Below the pieces are notes generated by a model. That model did no database searches and was not told where the DNA came from. It worked only from the letters and a program-made list of their open reading frames with translations. A DNA stretch of 64,000 nucleotides from Camelus ferus. Its lineage: Eukaryota. Shown here one piece after another: positions 52,801 to 64,000 of the stretch (position 1 is the first letter of the stretch; each line of letters opens with the position of its first letter). The position numbers and the translations under genes were made by a program. Location: positions 52,578,001-52,642,000 of the forward strand of contig NC_045696.1 in NCBI RefSeq assembly GCF_009834535.1. Reading direction: 5' to 3'.

Positions 52801-53657
52801 ATTTTCTGGGATAATTCTGTTTTCAAGTATTCTGTCACAATAGCTCTCTAAGTATATTATTTGCTTAATGTAATGAAGTGGGAAAAAAAATTGAGCTTAA
52901 AACCAGATGGATGAGTTCAGATCACCAGACAATTTATCAATCCTCTCTGAGACTTAACTTCCAGGTTGATAAAATGAGGATAAGACTTCCTTTATAGAAT
53001 TGCTGTAAAGATTATGGATAATGTATATAAAGCCTAGCACAGTACTACACAAGGAGTGAGCCCAAATAAAAGGTAGATTATATAGCCACATCTACCTACA
53101 TAAAATACATGATACATGTTTCATATATATGTATACAAGTATATTTTTCCCCTTAAGCACTTTGTTTATGCTATAATTTTCCATTTGTGCTCGGTGCTCA
53201 TTCACTTTCTCTGAAGCCTCTGTTCACTTTTCAACACCCTTCTCTTTCTCCTTTTTCATTCTGTACAGTCTCATCTGTCATGGAAAAATCACACATGCCA
53301 TGAATGAAGGTAAAGAAGCCTTTATACCAGTATCTTTAGCCTCCTCCTCCCTGTACTCATTACCATATGTGCCCCAAAGAAAGAATCTACAGTCTAAGCA
53401 TAACTAAATTAACTTGATTCTTTCTCTACTTCTCTTTTTTATGGATCATGAGAGTGAAATTATATTTCTAACAGGTTCTCTATCAGTTGAACAGGTGAAT
53501 GGCTAAATAACACCATCTTCACTTACTAATTCATAGGGCAAAGTTGGCCTCCTACTGTAATATGCACAGAGTAGCAAAAAAATTTATATACCTTTGAAAG
53601 TTCACATTCCAGTGGGAGAGACAATTATAATACCATGTGATAAGATCTATAAGAAAT

Positions 53658-54032
53658 ACATAATTAAGCTAATTATAGCTGCTGTAACCAAAAAAGGTGC
53701 ATAATGGTTCAGATATGATAAACATTTCTCATTCATGTAAAGTCTGAAATTGGTGACTGATCAGAGGGTGAATTCTCCTTCAAGAGATGGTTCAGGGGCC
53801 CTGGCTCTTTCCTTCCTGTAGACTACACCATCTCTTAGGTCTAGTGGTTACCAGGGGAAGGGAAACAGACAGTGGCAAGGGGCACACATGTTACTTACGT
53901 TCACATTACATTGGCTATAAGGCAGTCAAATGGCTATGCTTAACTGCAAGGGAAGCTGGGAAATATTGCCATGCTCTGTGCTCCAGAAGAGGAGGAATCA
54001 GGTGTGACAATCAGTTGGCTAGACTCTGCCAC
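53658..54032 (-). mobile_element. MaLR LTR (MLT1J-like)
   Basis: 'tagctgctgtaacc...ttcacattacattggc...taactgcaagggaagctgggaaat...ctctgccac'. Confidence 0.75.
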
Positions 54033-55075
54033 GAGAAGTAAGCCCAGAGTGCTGTTGGACCATGACTTTCTGAAGCTCTGTAAAGCTTTTAAAGAACTTG
54101 CCAGTGGGGGTGAGGGCAGTAGAGGTGGGGTGGGGTGGAAGTATCATAAGGTCAATTTTATTCAAAAAAGATATATTAAATATATCCTGCTAGTCACTAT
54201 ATTATATGTTAATCAGAATCAACTGCTGCCTTCAAGGAATTTGTAGTCTAGGATCATGGACCAGGAAGCTTGGCATCACCTGGAAGGTTACTGGAGCCCG
54301 AGACCTAGTGAATCAGAGGTGATCCATGTGTATGTGAAAGTTTGGAAAGCACTAGTCTAGGGCATTTCATAGATACTCCTCTCTGGGAATATTGTTCTAC
54401 ATCTCAGAGATTTGAAAGAGCAAGAGCATCCCAGAGATAGGAGGCTGGTGGGCATGGGAAGAGCTGCTGGAGAGAAAGGAACTGATTGGAAGCCCAGGGT
54501 AGACCACCGAGGATGGTTAATGGGGCTTTCTGGACAAGGCATCAATACCCAGCAGCTTCCACACAACCAACTTATCAATGTCCTCACAAAGATCTATGTT
54601 ATACATGCCTACATTCTTCCACACGACTACTTATGTGTCCTCAAATATAATGTTGTAGCTAAACCGTTATGCATTTGAAAGTTAGAAGCACTTATGAAAC
54701 TAATGGATTAGAAGTGTTTTATGTACACTGGGGCGGGGTGGTGGGGGTTGGCTTTCAGGCAAAGCGGTGACTCGAGAGTCCTGCCCTGAATATTTTGTAT
54801 CTAAAAGTGAAATCAAAAACACAAATGCCAAACGATCTCTCATATTTTCTAATATATGCATGTGTATAGAATTTCTCAACCAGCTTCAACACAAAGACAC
54901 TTATAAATGTATTTAAAATCCGACAAATCTGGACTGAAATTTATGCCAGCTCTACTAGGTTAGGCCTTAGGACTTCATTTGCCTTAGAAGTGTGCTATGT
55001 GTTTAACCACTTCACCATTACCCATTTTTTCCCCTAGCCTCTCTCTTTTGCTCTCTTTTCTTCCCTTTCCTGCAG

Positions 55076-55170
55076 AAAAGCACTCTTGCTATTCTGACGT
55101 CTGGAACATATGCCTTCGTAAACAGAATGACTGAAAGACTGAGTTCTAAGCACAGACAGCATAATATGTT
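55076..55170 (+). other. Candidate 95-nt exon
   Basis: Very long pyrimidine tract ending 'ccctttcctgcag' (AG 55074-55075) and donor GTT|gtaaga at 55171. Confidence 0.3.
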
Positions 55171-55328
55171 GTAAGAGGAGATGGCTTAGAATTTATAATT
55201 AGAAGCCTGTTTCAGCTTCCTTCATGGGACTGTTGAAATTCTTTTCAGGGGTGTCTTGACTGCCTTGAAATTGAATGTCATTGAGGATTTTTTTTTTTTT
55301 TTGCCCTCTCTTGTTTCCTTGGCAACAG

Positions 55329-55505
55329 GTTGGTGATGCAGCAGCTGAAATCCACTGTCTCCCTGGAGATACTGATGTGGGCAGGTTGCAAACCACTAGT
55401 AATGCCTGTGATGGATGCTGAACTTGCCCAAATCTTTTCATTCCAGTTCTGCTATATACACCATATAAAGAGCTCAACCTAATAAAAGCATAGCTTTACA
55501 ATATA
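55329..55505 (+). other. Candidate terminal exon whose acceptor overlaps an X-box
   Basis: PolyT/pyrimidine tract, CAG at 55326-55328, AATAAA at 55481-55486. GTTTCCTTGGCAAC at 55313-55326. Confidence 0.3.
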
Positions 55506-56933
55506 ATTTTTGGCATGACTATCAGTGAGGAAAGTATTCACCCTGCTTTTTAAAATAGCTTACCTTTGCACATAAAACTTAATACTGAGTTCTTGAAATG
55601 TAGAAGTTTCAGGTAATTGTATTCATCAATTCGGTGTCAGAGTAATATATTGAAAAAATTGTTCTGTGTTAATATAAAGTCTGAGAGAAGAAGGCAAGGG
55701 ATCAGGGGTCAGGACCCTCTCCTCTGGATTTATGGCAGGCATATGGTCCTCCTTGGGCAGCCACATCTAACAGTCACTTTCCATCCCTTGAATGTTCTGA
55801 AATAAATCATACCTGTGAACTTCAGAGAAAGGTGCAGAGAAACTGTAAATGGATATCATCTGTCAGTGTTCTTTTCTAGAAGACAAGGGTAAAGGGAGCA
55901 AGTAGAGGAGAAAGGTCAGCTGGGATGGGAGCATCATTTAGGGAAATCATTTAAGAAGATCAGAGGGACAGACAGACATGGCTATTGAAGTTGCAGATGG
56001 ACAAGGCAGCTGGGATATAGATGGACCTACTCCCAAAGATAGAATGGTCTAGACACACAAGGAGAATGAACGAAGGCTTTATGTAAACATGATCACAGAG
56101 GGAGACCCAGGTTAAAAACAAAACAAAATAAAACATAAGATTAGTGCAAAAGGTGAGCAGAGAAGATAGAATTAGACAAGAGAAAACTTACAATTGAATT
56201 CAATTAAAAAGTAGAGTTTAGAATGGAATTGATTTCTTCTTTAAATAACTGAATCTAACCAAGTGCTGAATTTATGTTGGGAATAGATCCAGAGAAAAAG
56301 AAAATCAGAAAGAAAATGTGTTTAACCTGAAGATTATGCAGAGAAAAAGATGCTGAGAAAATATAGTGAATGTGGGTGCTGGGTGCTCTCTGAGAGACAG
56401 ATGGATGAGATGATACAAAGGAGAATTAGGAAAAGGAAAAGATGAAGTCACATGGATAAGATTACTGGTCATAAACTGTCCAACGTAAGAGAACACCTAC
56501 TATGGGCAATTCAACTGAAGAAAAATATACACTAACAAATAACAAACATATTTAGTAAACATTTGCACCAAATAGGTAGTAGTTACTATGAAGCATGCTA
56601 AGAAGTATCATAAAAATTTTTAATTTTTCATCCCTACATTGTGACTTGTGAATATTCATTGTGATGAGTTCCTTTTGAAGTCTAGAAAAATGCGCAGGTA
56701 ACTGGCTTTTTGTCCTCCCAGTGCTGATAGTCTCTGCAGGTGGTAAGGAATAAATATCTTGGGAAAAGGCATTTTTTGCATAGTATTTTTTTTAAAGACT
56801 ATGTTCACTGACCTAACCTTTGCTCCTTCCTGACATGAGCAGCACAGCCAAATGAATCAACGCTGCTGTTTTTCTTCACATTAAGGCAGAACACATAGTG
56901 TGGGAATATGAGGGATAAAAAGAAAGAATGATT

Positions 56934-57034
56934 GAAGGGAGGGTATAGCTCAGTGGTAGAGCATGTGCTTAGCATGCACAAGGTCCTGGGTCCAATCCCC
57001 AGTACCTCCATTAAAAAAAGTTAAATTAAAAAAT
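56934..57034 (+). mobile_element. Camelid tRNA-derived SINE (Vic-1 type)
   Basis: 'gggagggtatagctcagtggtagagcatgtgcttagcatgcacaaggtcctgggtccaatccccagtacctcc' with A/B boxes and A-rich tail. TSD 'aaagaaaga(a/g)tgat' at 56919-56932 and 57035-57048. Confidence 0.93.
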
Positions 57035-59634
57035 AAAGAAAGAGTGATCAGAGAATTCTCTTACTGATTCTCTTAGTGGCTAATTGCACCGATTTTGGAG
57101 TTAGGTACCCTGTGCTGCATTGGAATCACTAACCCAGCTTTTCATAGCTGGATGACATTGAGGGAGGTAATTAATTTATCACAGGCAGCAGCACTTCTAT
57201 CTCTAAAATGGTGATAATAATAATATTACTTACCTGATAAAAGTATTCTTGGATTAACCCAGTTCTTGGCACATAAAGAAATCTTAGCTATTATATTTTA
57301 TGGTGGTCAACATATTTGACTAATCTAATTGTGAAACACAAACTCACTCTTAATTTTAACATCTGGATAGGGTAGCTGTGTTAAGGAAAAAGGAATAAAT
57401 GCCTCATTTCCTCCTCTTTATCTGATAGTACCTCTGATTCTAACTTCATGTGTACAACCGGGCTTGCTAATGCCTTCAAAATCAGTCAATTTATTAATAT
57501 TAAAATGTTATATAATGATAGACAAATTATTTTCCTTCTATCCTCTGGATATTTCCCTTTTAAAAATAGTATTTGAATTTACTTAATTCAGGGAATTTAA
57601 GTTATGCTAGATTTAGAGAAGCTCTACCTTTTTAATCACATGATAATTATTGTACAGATTCACTGACAATTTCCAAATCATCATTTTTAAATGCTGCTTC
57701 TGAAATTCTTTCTCTATGTTTTTTCTCTCTCTCCCTTTCTCCCTCTTAAGTCTGTACAGATACTTTTGAAATGAAAAGAGAATAGAATTAAATTCATTGT
57801 GGCCAAGTATCTTTTAAGGTAGAGCAGAGGTCAGCTACTTGATAAAGTAGGGTAAAATGTTCTAGGTCATGCCGGCACCAGCAGCAGCAGTAAAGTATGA
57901 AGACAAAGCAGATATTTGAACCAGGAGAGCAAGGCAGAGCCCATGGGAAAGTGAACAGACCAAAAAAGCAATGATGATTCTGTAAGAGGATAGAAATGGA
58001 TACAACCAGTTGTTGGGTGATGAGGGAGACTGGCCTCTCCCTACCAGAAAGGAAGGGCAGAGTATAAGGATAGCTTGTGAGGTGGGTGGATCAAAATCAC
58101 AAATCCAGGCAGACAAGCAAGTGTGAGGAGCCCATGAGAGGAGCAGGCTCACAGGGGGGTCGGGAAGCCTGGTAGACAAGGAGCAACATCAAAAATAGGA
58201 CCAACAACCAAGGAACAATTGGTCTTTTGGTTCTGCACAGGGTTCTGTTCCACCCACAAATTTCTTAGAGATTTCAGTTGGGAAAGATATCCACCATGTG
58301 GACAGTTGAAAACTGGTAAGTTTCAGGAAAGAGGTCAGTCACCTGACTGGAAAGAAGGAAAGAAGAAGTCACAGCGCAGGACAGACACCGACCCAAAACT
58401 TGTTTGATGAGTTAAATTCAAGTAAGTCATCCAGATCAGATGGCATGTCTAAGATGGACAGGCTGCCTTTAGACATTATGGCTGTGAAGGGAATTTTTGT
58501 TCCTTTTTTTGTTCCAAGACTGTCTCTACCTCTGGGCAAAATACCTTCAAGGTTCATTATATTTTCAAACTTGTATTTTTCAATCCAAAGGAAAGTCCCG
58601 GGGGGGAGAGGAGCAGAAATACTTGTTAACCAGAATTGCAGGGAGCCAATATGGGCCATGTTCAGATGGTTCTGAGAGAGAGCAACCTCACTTAAGCTGC
58701 AGGGGAAGCCCTGGACCACAGCTAACAAGGACTGAGGGAAACAGGGGGAAGGGGAAATTATAGGAGTGCACCAGGCACTGTGGTACATGTTATAAAGGCT
58801 GGGAAACACATGACTAAGTAGTTAATCTTTTTCGACATTTACTTATTAATACATAGCCTTTATTACCTCCATTGGCTTTGCACATCAGATGGCTAACTGA
58901 GCATATCCTGTGTGGAAGGGACTCCATGAAGGAAGGAAGTTGAAGGGAAATAAAGGGTAGGACGTGGTCCCAAAGGCAAACCCCTGAACCCTAGTTAATG
59001 GAAAATCATAGAGTAAAAAAGCTGGAAAGTGTTTGGTTTGGGGATGCCGGGAATAGTTTAATCACCTATGATTTTTTTTTTATGCTTTTATATAAATCAA
59101 CTCATTATTTAATCCTTTTAGTTCAGTTTAGTCCTTGGGGGCACTACATTTGACATTAAAGCCACTCAGCAAAATTTGTGTGTTTTGACATTTTTACATT
59201 ATGTTCAAGCTGAAAAATCAAGCTATATATATATATATTTTTTTTTCCTAAACCTTGATAGAGCTAGAAAGAGTTGAAGTAGTTTTCTGTCTTATAAGAG
59301 GAAGGGAATTGCTCCTTTAGGGCAAATTTGTCCCTTGGTATACATAACCTAACTAAATAACTCTGCAGTTACAGAAATGCAAAACAAGAATCTATATGCC
59401 TTGTTCTTAAAAAACAAACAAACAAACAAAAAATGCTGTAATAGAAGAAGATCTTCTCTGTGAGAAACCAGGGGTTTGGTTTGGTGATGTGAATTATGAT
59501 GTGGGTCTGGCCAGAAAAATATTGCTTCAAATGAGGCTGCTTTGGGTCAGGCTGAGATAGCAGTGAGGAGGATATTTATCGTCTCTGTGGGGATTTAAAC
59601 TATATTGTGTCCATATCACTCTTTCTTATATACA

Positions 59635-59670
59635 GTGTGTGTGTATGTAAAGTGTGTGTGTGTGTATGTA

Positions 59671-59702
<32 letters not shown>
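59635..59702. repeat. Compound (GT)n microsatellite with duplicated 'atgtaaa' spacer
   Basis: (GT)n-atgtaaa-(GT)n-atgtaaa-(GT)n, directly visible. Confidence 0.95.
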
Positions 59703-59707
<5 letters not shown>

Positions 59708-59879
59708 TGGATCCTCTAGTCACTGAGTCCTAGAAGCTAAGAACTACAGATTGGATTTTCCCTTTTCACCGTAAAAACCATTTCGAGGGGATAACTAATT
59801 AGAGAGAGTCAGTGGAAATTCTATCTAGATTGTGCTCTTGATGACCTGTATTTTGATTAATTTAAGCTGAGAGAGTTAA

Positions 59880-60440
59880 CCAGTAATTCCACTACTAGAT
59901 ATATACTGAAGAGAGATTAAAACATACGGCCACATGAAATCTTGTACGTGAAATTTAATAGCTGCGTTATTCGTAATAGCCCAAAAGTGGAAACAATCCA
60001 AATGTCAATCAGCTTATGAATGAATAAACAAAATGTGGTATGGCCATCCAATAGAATATAATGCAATAAAAAGAGCGAAATTCTCATACATGCTATGGCA
60101 CAGACAAACTTTGAAAATGTTATTCTAAGTGAAATAAGCCAGTCATATAAGACCACATATTGTATATTTTCACTTATGTAAAATGTCCAAAATGAGCAAA
60201 TTTCCAGAGACAGAGTAGCGATTGTGGTTGCCAGGGATCTCAAGGGGCAGGGGGAGCAAGAATGGGAATGACTGCTAATGGATATGAGATTTTTGAGGTG
60301 GAGAGGCAGTGATAAAATTGTTGTAGAATTAGATTGTATTGATGATTGTACAACACAGAGAATATGCTAAAAACTACTGAACTGCATACTTCAGATGAGT
60401 GAATTACAGGACATGTGATTTGAATCTCAATTTAAAAAAA
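59880..60440 (+). mobile_element. L1MB3/4-like ORF2 end and 3' UTR
   Basis: 'ttattcgtaatagcccaaaagtggaaacaatccaaatgtc...aaacaaaatgtggtat...gtggttgccaggg...gactgctaatggatat...atctcaatttaaaaaaa'. Confidence 0.9.
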
Positions 60441-60504
60441 TTCTGAATGACTCAGAGTTTGGACAATGTTCTTCTCTTGGACATGAGCCTGTCTGATGTA
60501 CTGG

Positions 60505-60740
60505 GTAGCAGCATGGGCACTGGAACCAGACGGTCTGAATTCGAGTGCAATTTCTACCATTTAACAGTTGTGTGATCTTGGGCAAATGACTTAACTACTT
60601 TGGGCCTCAATTTCCTCATCTATAAAATAGGGGAAAAAGTTGTACATATTCATGAGATTGTCTTGAAGAGTAAATGAATTAATAATATAAGTACCTGGCA
60701 CTTAGCCCACTATAAACATGTGTTATTATCATCACTGTCA
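60505..60740 (+). mobile_element. MIR SINE
   Basis: 'tgtgtgatcttgggcaaatgacttaactactttgggcctcaatttcctcatctataaaatagg'. Confidence 0.85.
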
Positions 60741-62389
60741 TGCTTACTGAAGTGTTGTCACGTTGAGATCTGAGAACAGGGTTAGACGCCGGGGGGTAGG
60801 AGGTGGTATTCCGTTTATAGGAAGTGATTATTCCCATTGGCAGTCATCCTGGTAAGTCACTGAACTTTCGATAGATAATGAGATTTGGGACAGTAGTATT
60901 TAATACCTCACCAAGGTCCATCTTCTTCTTCTCTTTTGGCCTACTGCTGTTGGCATCAGAAGTCTAAGGATTGTAGACTTGAACAGATTCATGGTGTTGG
61001 AGTTTTATCAGTCCCTGACTCAGAGAAAGGCTTGGAAGGATGCAGGAAGCCATATAGTTGATATAACAGAATGATATAAGTAACCTGTGAGTGTGCACCT
61101 GGCCTTTGAGCTCTGAGAGCAGCGCTTCCAGAAGCGCTTGAAGGTAAGCTCTACTGATTGTGATTCCCTTCTGCCATTCAGGAACTTCAGTAAAGTTCTA
61201 TAAAAAGGCGCAGCCAACTCAACTCGGCTGCAAGGAGTGAAGAGAAGGATGTACTCCATATTTCCGGTAGCAGAGTCCAGCCTGTGGCCCCCTCTCCTCC
61301 CACCCCAAGGCTAGTGGAATAGTTACAGAATACACTAGAGAGGTCAGACATCCCAGACTTACAGGAGGAGATCAGCAGAGGTATAATCAGTGATGATTAG
61401 ATGGAGTGGGGATAGATTAAGTCCAGAGCACACATGACTGGGGAAAAAGCAAAATCCCAGCCTCGCAAAGAGGCCCTGACATTACTTGGAGAGGGCTAGA
61501 GGAGTTGGGGAGGTACCAGTGTCCTACCATACTGGCAGGTGTGGCTTAGGATAATTATAATCAGGGTTCTTAGGTTACTGTAATATCACACATACTTGTA
61601 GGTTTCTGAAGCCCAATATTCGTCACATGCGAGATAGTCAAACTTTCAAAACACAAGAGTTTAATTAAGAAAAAGGCTGCCAAAATGGCTCCCCACCATT
61701 TTCCGTAAGAAGAAAACTCCTTGGCTCTCTCATGTTTGGATCTACCCCCAACACTCTGTATTTGCCTTTATCACTTTTTTTTATTTATACTCTTTTATGA
61801 CTGTTTACTTGTCATTCTCAAACACAAGGTTATGGGCTTCTTGAAGATGTGGGCTTCTGTTGGATTTTTAAATATTTCTTCTCTCTTTTTTTTTCCTTTT
61901 GCTTATTAATTTCTGAGTCACCGTTGCTTAGCTGAGCTCCTGACTTAAATTAGGCACTCAGGAGGTACTTGTTGAATGAATGAATCATCGGTTGAGGATA
62001 ATTTATGTATGAGGATCTTTTAAGTCAGATTTCAACCAGCCTTTGGTGATAAGGTGATGTCCAGTTATGTTTCTTCTGCTCCTTTACTTTTTCTAAGATC
62101 TACAGAGCTGTCCACTTTGATGCTTTGTGCAGATCAACCCCTCCCCTTTTTGGAGCCATTCTCCTCCCACGTTCTGCTCCTTTGTGCCCTAGGAAGCTCC
62201 TGTTATGTTACCAAGATCCTTTCTGCTATGTTCAGATCTTTTCTTAAAAAATCCCTCTGCATCTTTGATTAACTAACGCTGGCCCTTTACCTCTGAGATA
62301 ACTCTATCTTAATCCCATTGGCTGGCTTCTCTTTTTTTCCAGTGACATTAAGAGGTTGATGGTTGTAGAACTGGATCACTTAATTTCTT

Positions 62390-62870
62390 TTTTATTTTTA
62401 TGTCTGCTCTTCTTGGGTGAAGTGGGCCCAAAAAGAGTAGGATGAATGTTGCAGAGAGTGAGGAGATAAGCCCGGCATGGTTAAGTTGGAAAGTAGACTG
62501 GAGACATATTAATGCTGTATGATGGAGTCTGAAGTTTTCTTTTGAAGAGAGGGTGATGGATTAAAGGTTTTTACATGAAGAAGCCACACAGAAAAAGCTC
62601 TAATTATGAAAAATAATGAGTGGCATGTCTTAAATGGGCTAATGCTAGCAGAGTTTGAGTCAGGGAGATGAGATAACACAAGCTGACCATGGGAAATGGC
62701 CATGGGTACAGGCGGAGGGAGATAGACATTTCCAAAGAAGAATATGTAAGATTTTGTGACTTACTAGGTATGGGAGATGAGAGAAAAAACGATGACTGGC
62801 ATCTCCGGCTTGGGTTGTGCACAAATGGTGGCTGTGTATTAACAAGTAGAGAATAGAAAAGGACAGAAAT
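62390..62870 (-). mobile_element. L2 ORF2 fragment
   Basis: Reverse translation '...HNPSRRCQSSFFLSSPIPSKSQNLTYSSL...' and L2-typical purine-rich plus strand. Confidence 0.65.
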
Positions 62871-63119
62871 AAATCAGCTATAAACTCAGTGGTATTATTT
62901 AAGTAAATAATGCCCGTAGGTCTTTCATGGGCAGGGTCTCACATGGATGAGTGGCAGCTTAATGGTACAGGTGTAGGTAGGGCCTCAGGTGACAGATGAT
63001 AAAAATATATCAACTGTCAGCATTTTCACTGAGACTTTCCACATTAATCAGGATTACCACAAAGACCTAGCATAAGAATAGCATAAGAGAACTAACATGA
63101 AAATCAACATCTTTCAGTC

Positions 63120-63300
63120 TAAGGCCAAGTTATGCCACTTACTAGCTGTGGGAGATAGAATATTTCACTTCTCTGAGCCTTAATCTTTCTAATCTGTAAA
63201 ATGGAAAACTAATACTTACCTCGTAGGGTGGTGATAATTGCTAACTAAAAATGTGTGAGGAATTGATTTATGAATCACCAGACATAATAGCTGGCTTGAA
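63120..63300 (+). mobile_element. MIR SINE
   Basis: 'tgccacttactagctgtg...tctctgagccttaatctttctaatctgtaaaatgg...acttacctcgtagggtgg'. Confidence 0.8.
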
Positions 63301-64000
63301 GAAATAAAATGGTAGTCTTAGGAGTCATTTAGGCTTTAAAAAGGCGAGCTCCAGAAATAGCAGGACAGGCCCAATATTCTGTAATTAACTGCAGTATCCG
63401 TAATTTTGATGAAACTTGGAAAGGAAACCCATTTAATAATCCAAATGGCTTCATGAGATGGGATGTTACATTCTCATACTTTATGCACTGATGGTGTGTC
63501 TGAGATGGAAGAGGCTTTAAGCATCATAGAGTTTTATTTTTCAGATGATGAGTCTAAGCCTAGAAAGTTGTAAAACTTGCCTGAGGTCACAGAGACCAAT
63601 GGGCATGTGCATGAGAACCCATTCTTCTCAACTTCCAGCTCAGGACTCCTCCACAGGACCTTTCCATTGCTGTTGAAAAAAATACATTTCACTCTGGCCA
63701 AAGAATCATCTTTAAGGGCCTGCTTTATTTATTTAAACTTCATTTTATTTTTAAAATTTTTTTAAGTTTCAGTTTATTGGAGTAAGAATGATATTTGGTC
63801 TGAAACTCATCTTTGCTGGCCTAGATGCTTTACCTAAAACTATATATTCTTTGGTCTTTTCCTAGAAATTAACATTTTTTTCTTTCCTCCCCCTAAGCCC
63901 TCCCCCACCAAAAAAAAAAAAAGTAAAGCAAGGGATGGAAAACTTCTACACATACTTCAAGCACTTCTAAGCCCTGAGGGGAAAAAAACCATAGAAAATT

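Noticed and set aside
56934..57010. tRNA gene
   Set aside because: The tRNA-like head has an A-rich tail and TSD, so it is a SINE, not a functional tRNA. The same applies to 26759-26820.
58369..58809. Longest ORF (146 aa, minus) with overlapping plus-strand ORFs
   Set aside because: Non-ATG start and no recognisable domain. A plausible minus-strand acceptor near 58732 exists but no convincing partner exons were found.
1..64000. The ~100 short ORFs in the six-frame track as genes
   Set aside because: All are 60-146 aa, many start at GTG/TTG, many lie in repeats, and none resembles a protein I recognise. This is the expected noise for mammalian non-coding DNA.

Overview
Mammalian, AT-rich, CpG-depleted non-coding DNA. 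It is almost certainly camelid: two tRNA-derived Vic-1-type SINEs with target-site duplications (TSDs) and three cetartiodactyl/camelid-type L1 3' ends are present. A large part of the window is recognisable interspersed repeat (L1, L2, L3/CR1, MIR, MaLR/ERVL/ERV1 LTRs, hAT and Tc2 DNA transposons). None of the supplied ORFs resembles a protein I recognise, so no CDS is called. I found no evidence for a novel multi-gene system. The best leads are: (1) a ~450-bp unique insert that splits an ancient MER103C-like transposon and carries a minus-strand recursive-splice-type AG|GTAAG site with a 171-nt exon; (2) five RFX X-box-like motifs, including a modestly CpG-rich promoter-like region at ~22.4-23.2 kb and an X-box/E-box/octamer module at 45 kb; (3) several isolated plus-strand exon-like units suggesting an unannotated spliced lncRNA or micropeptide gene; (4) an L1 insertion with an apparent 3' transduction. 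Repeat family names come from my recollection of consensus sequences, not from a search, and the boundaries of old repeats are approximate.
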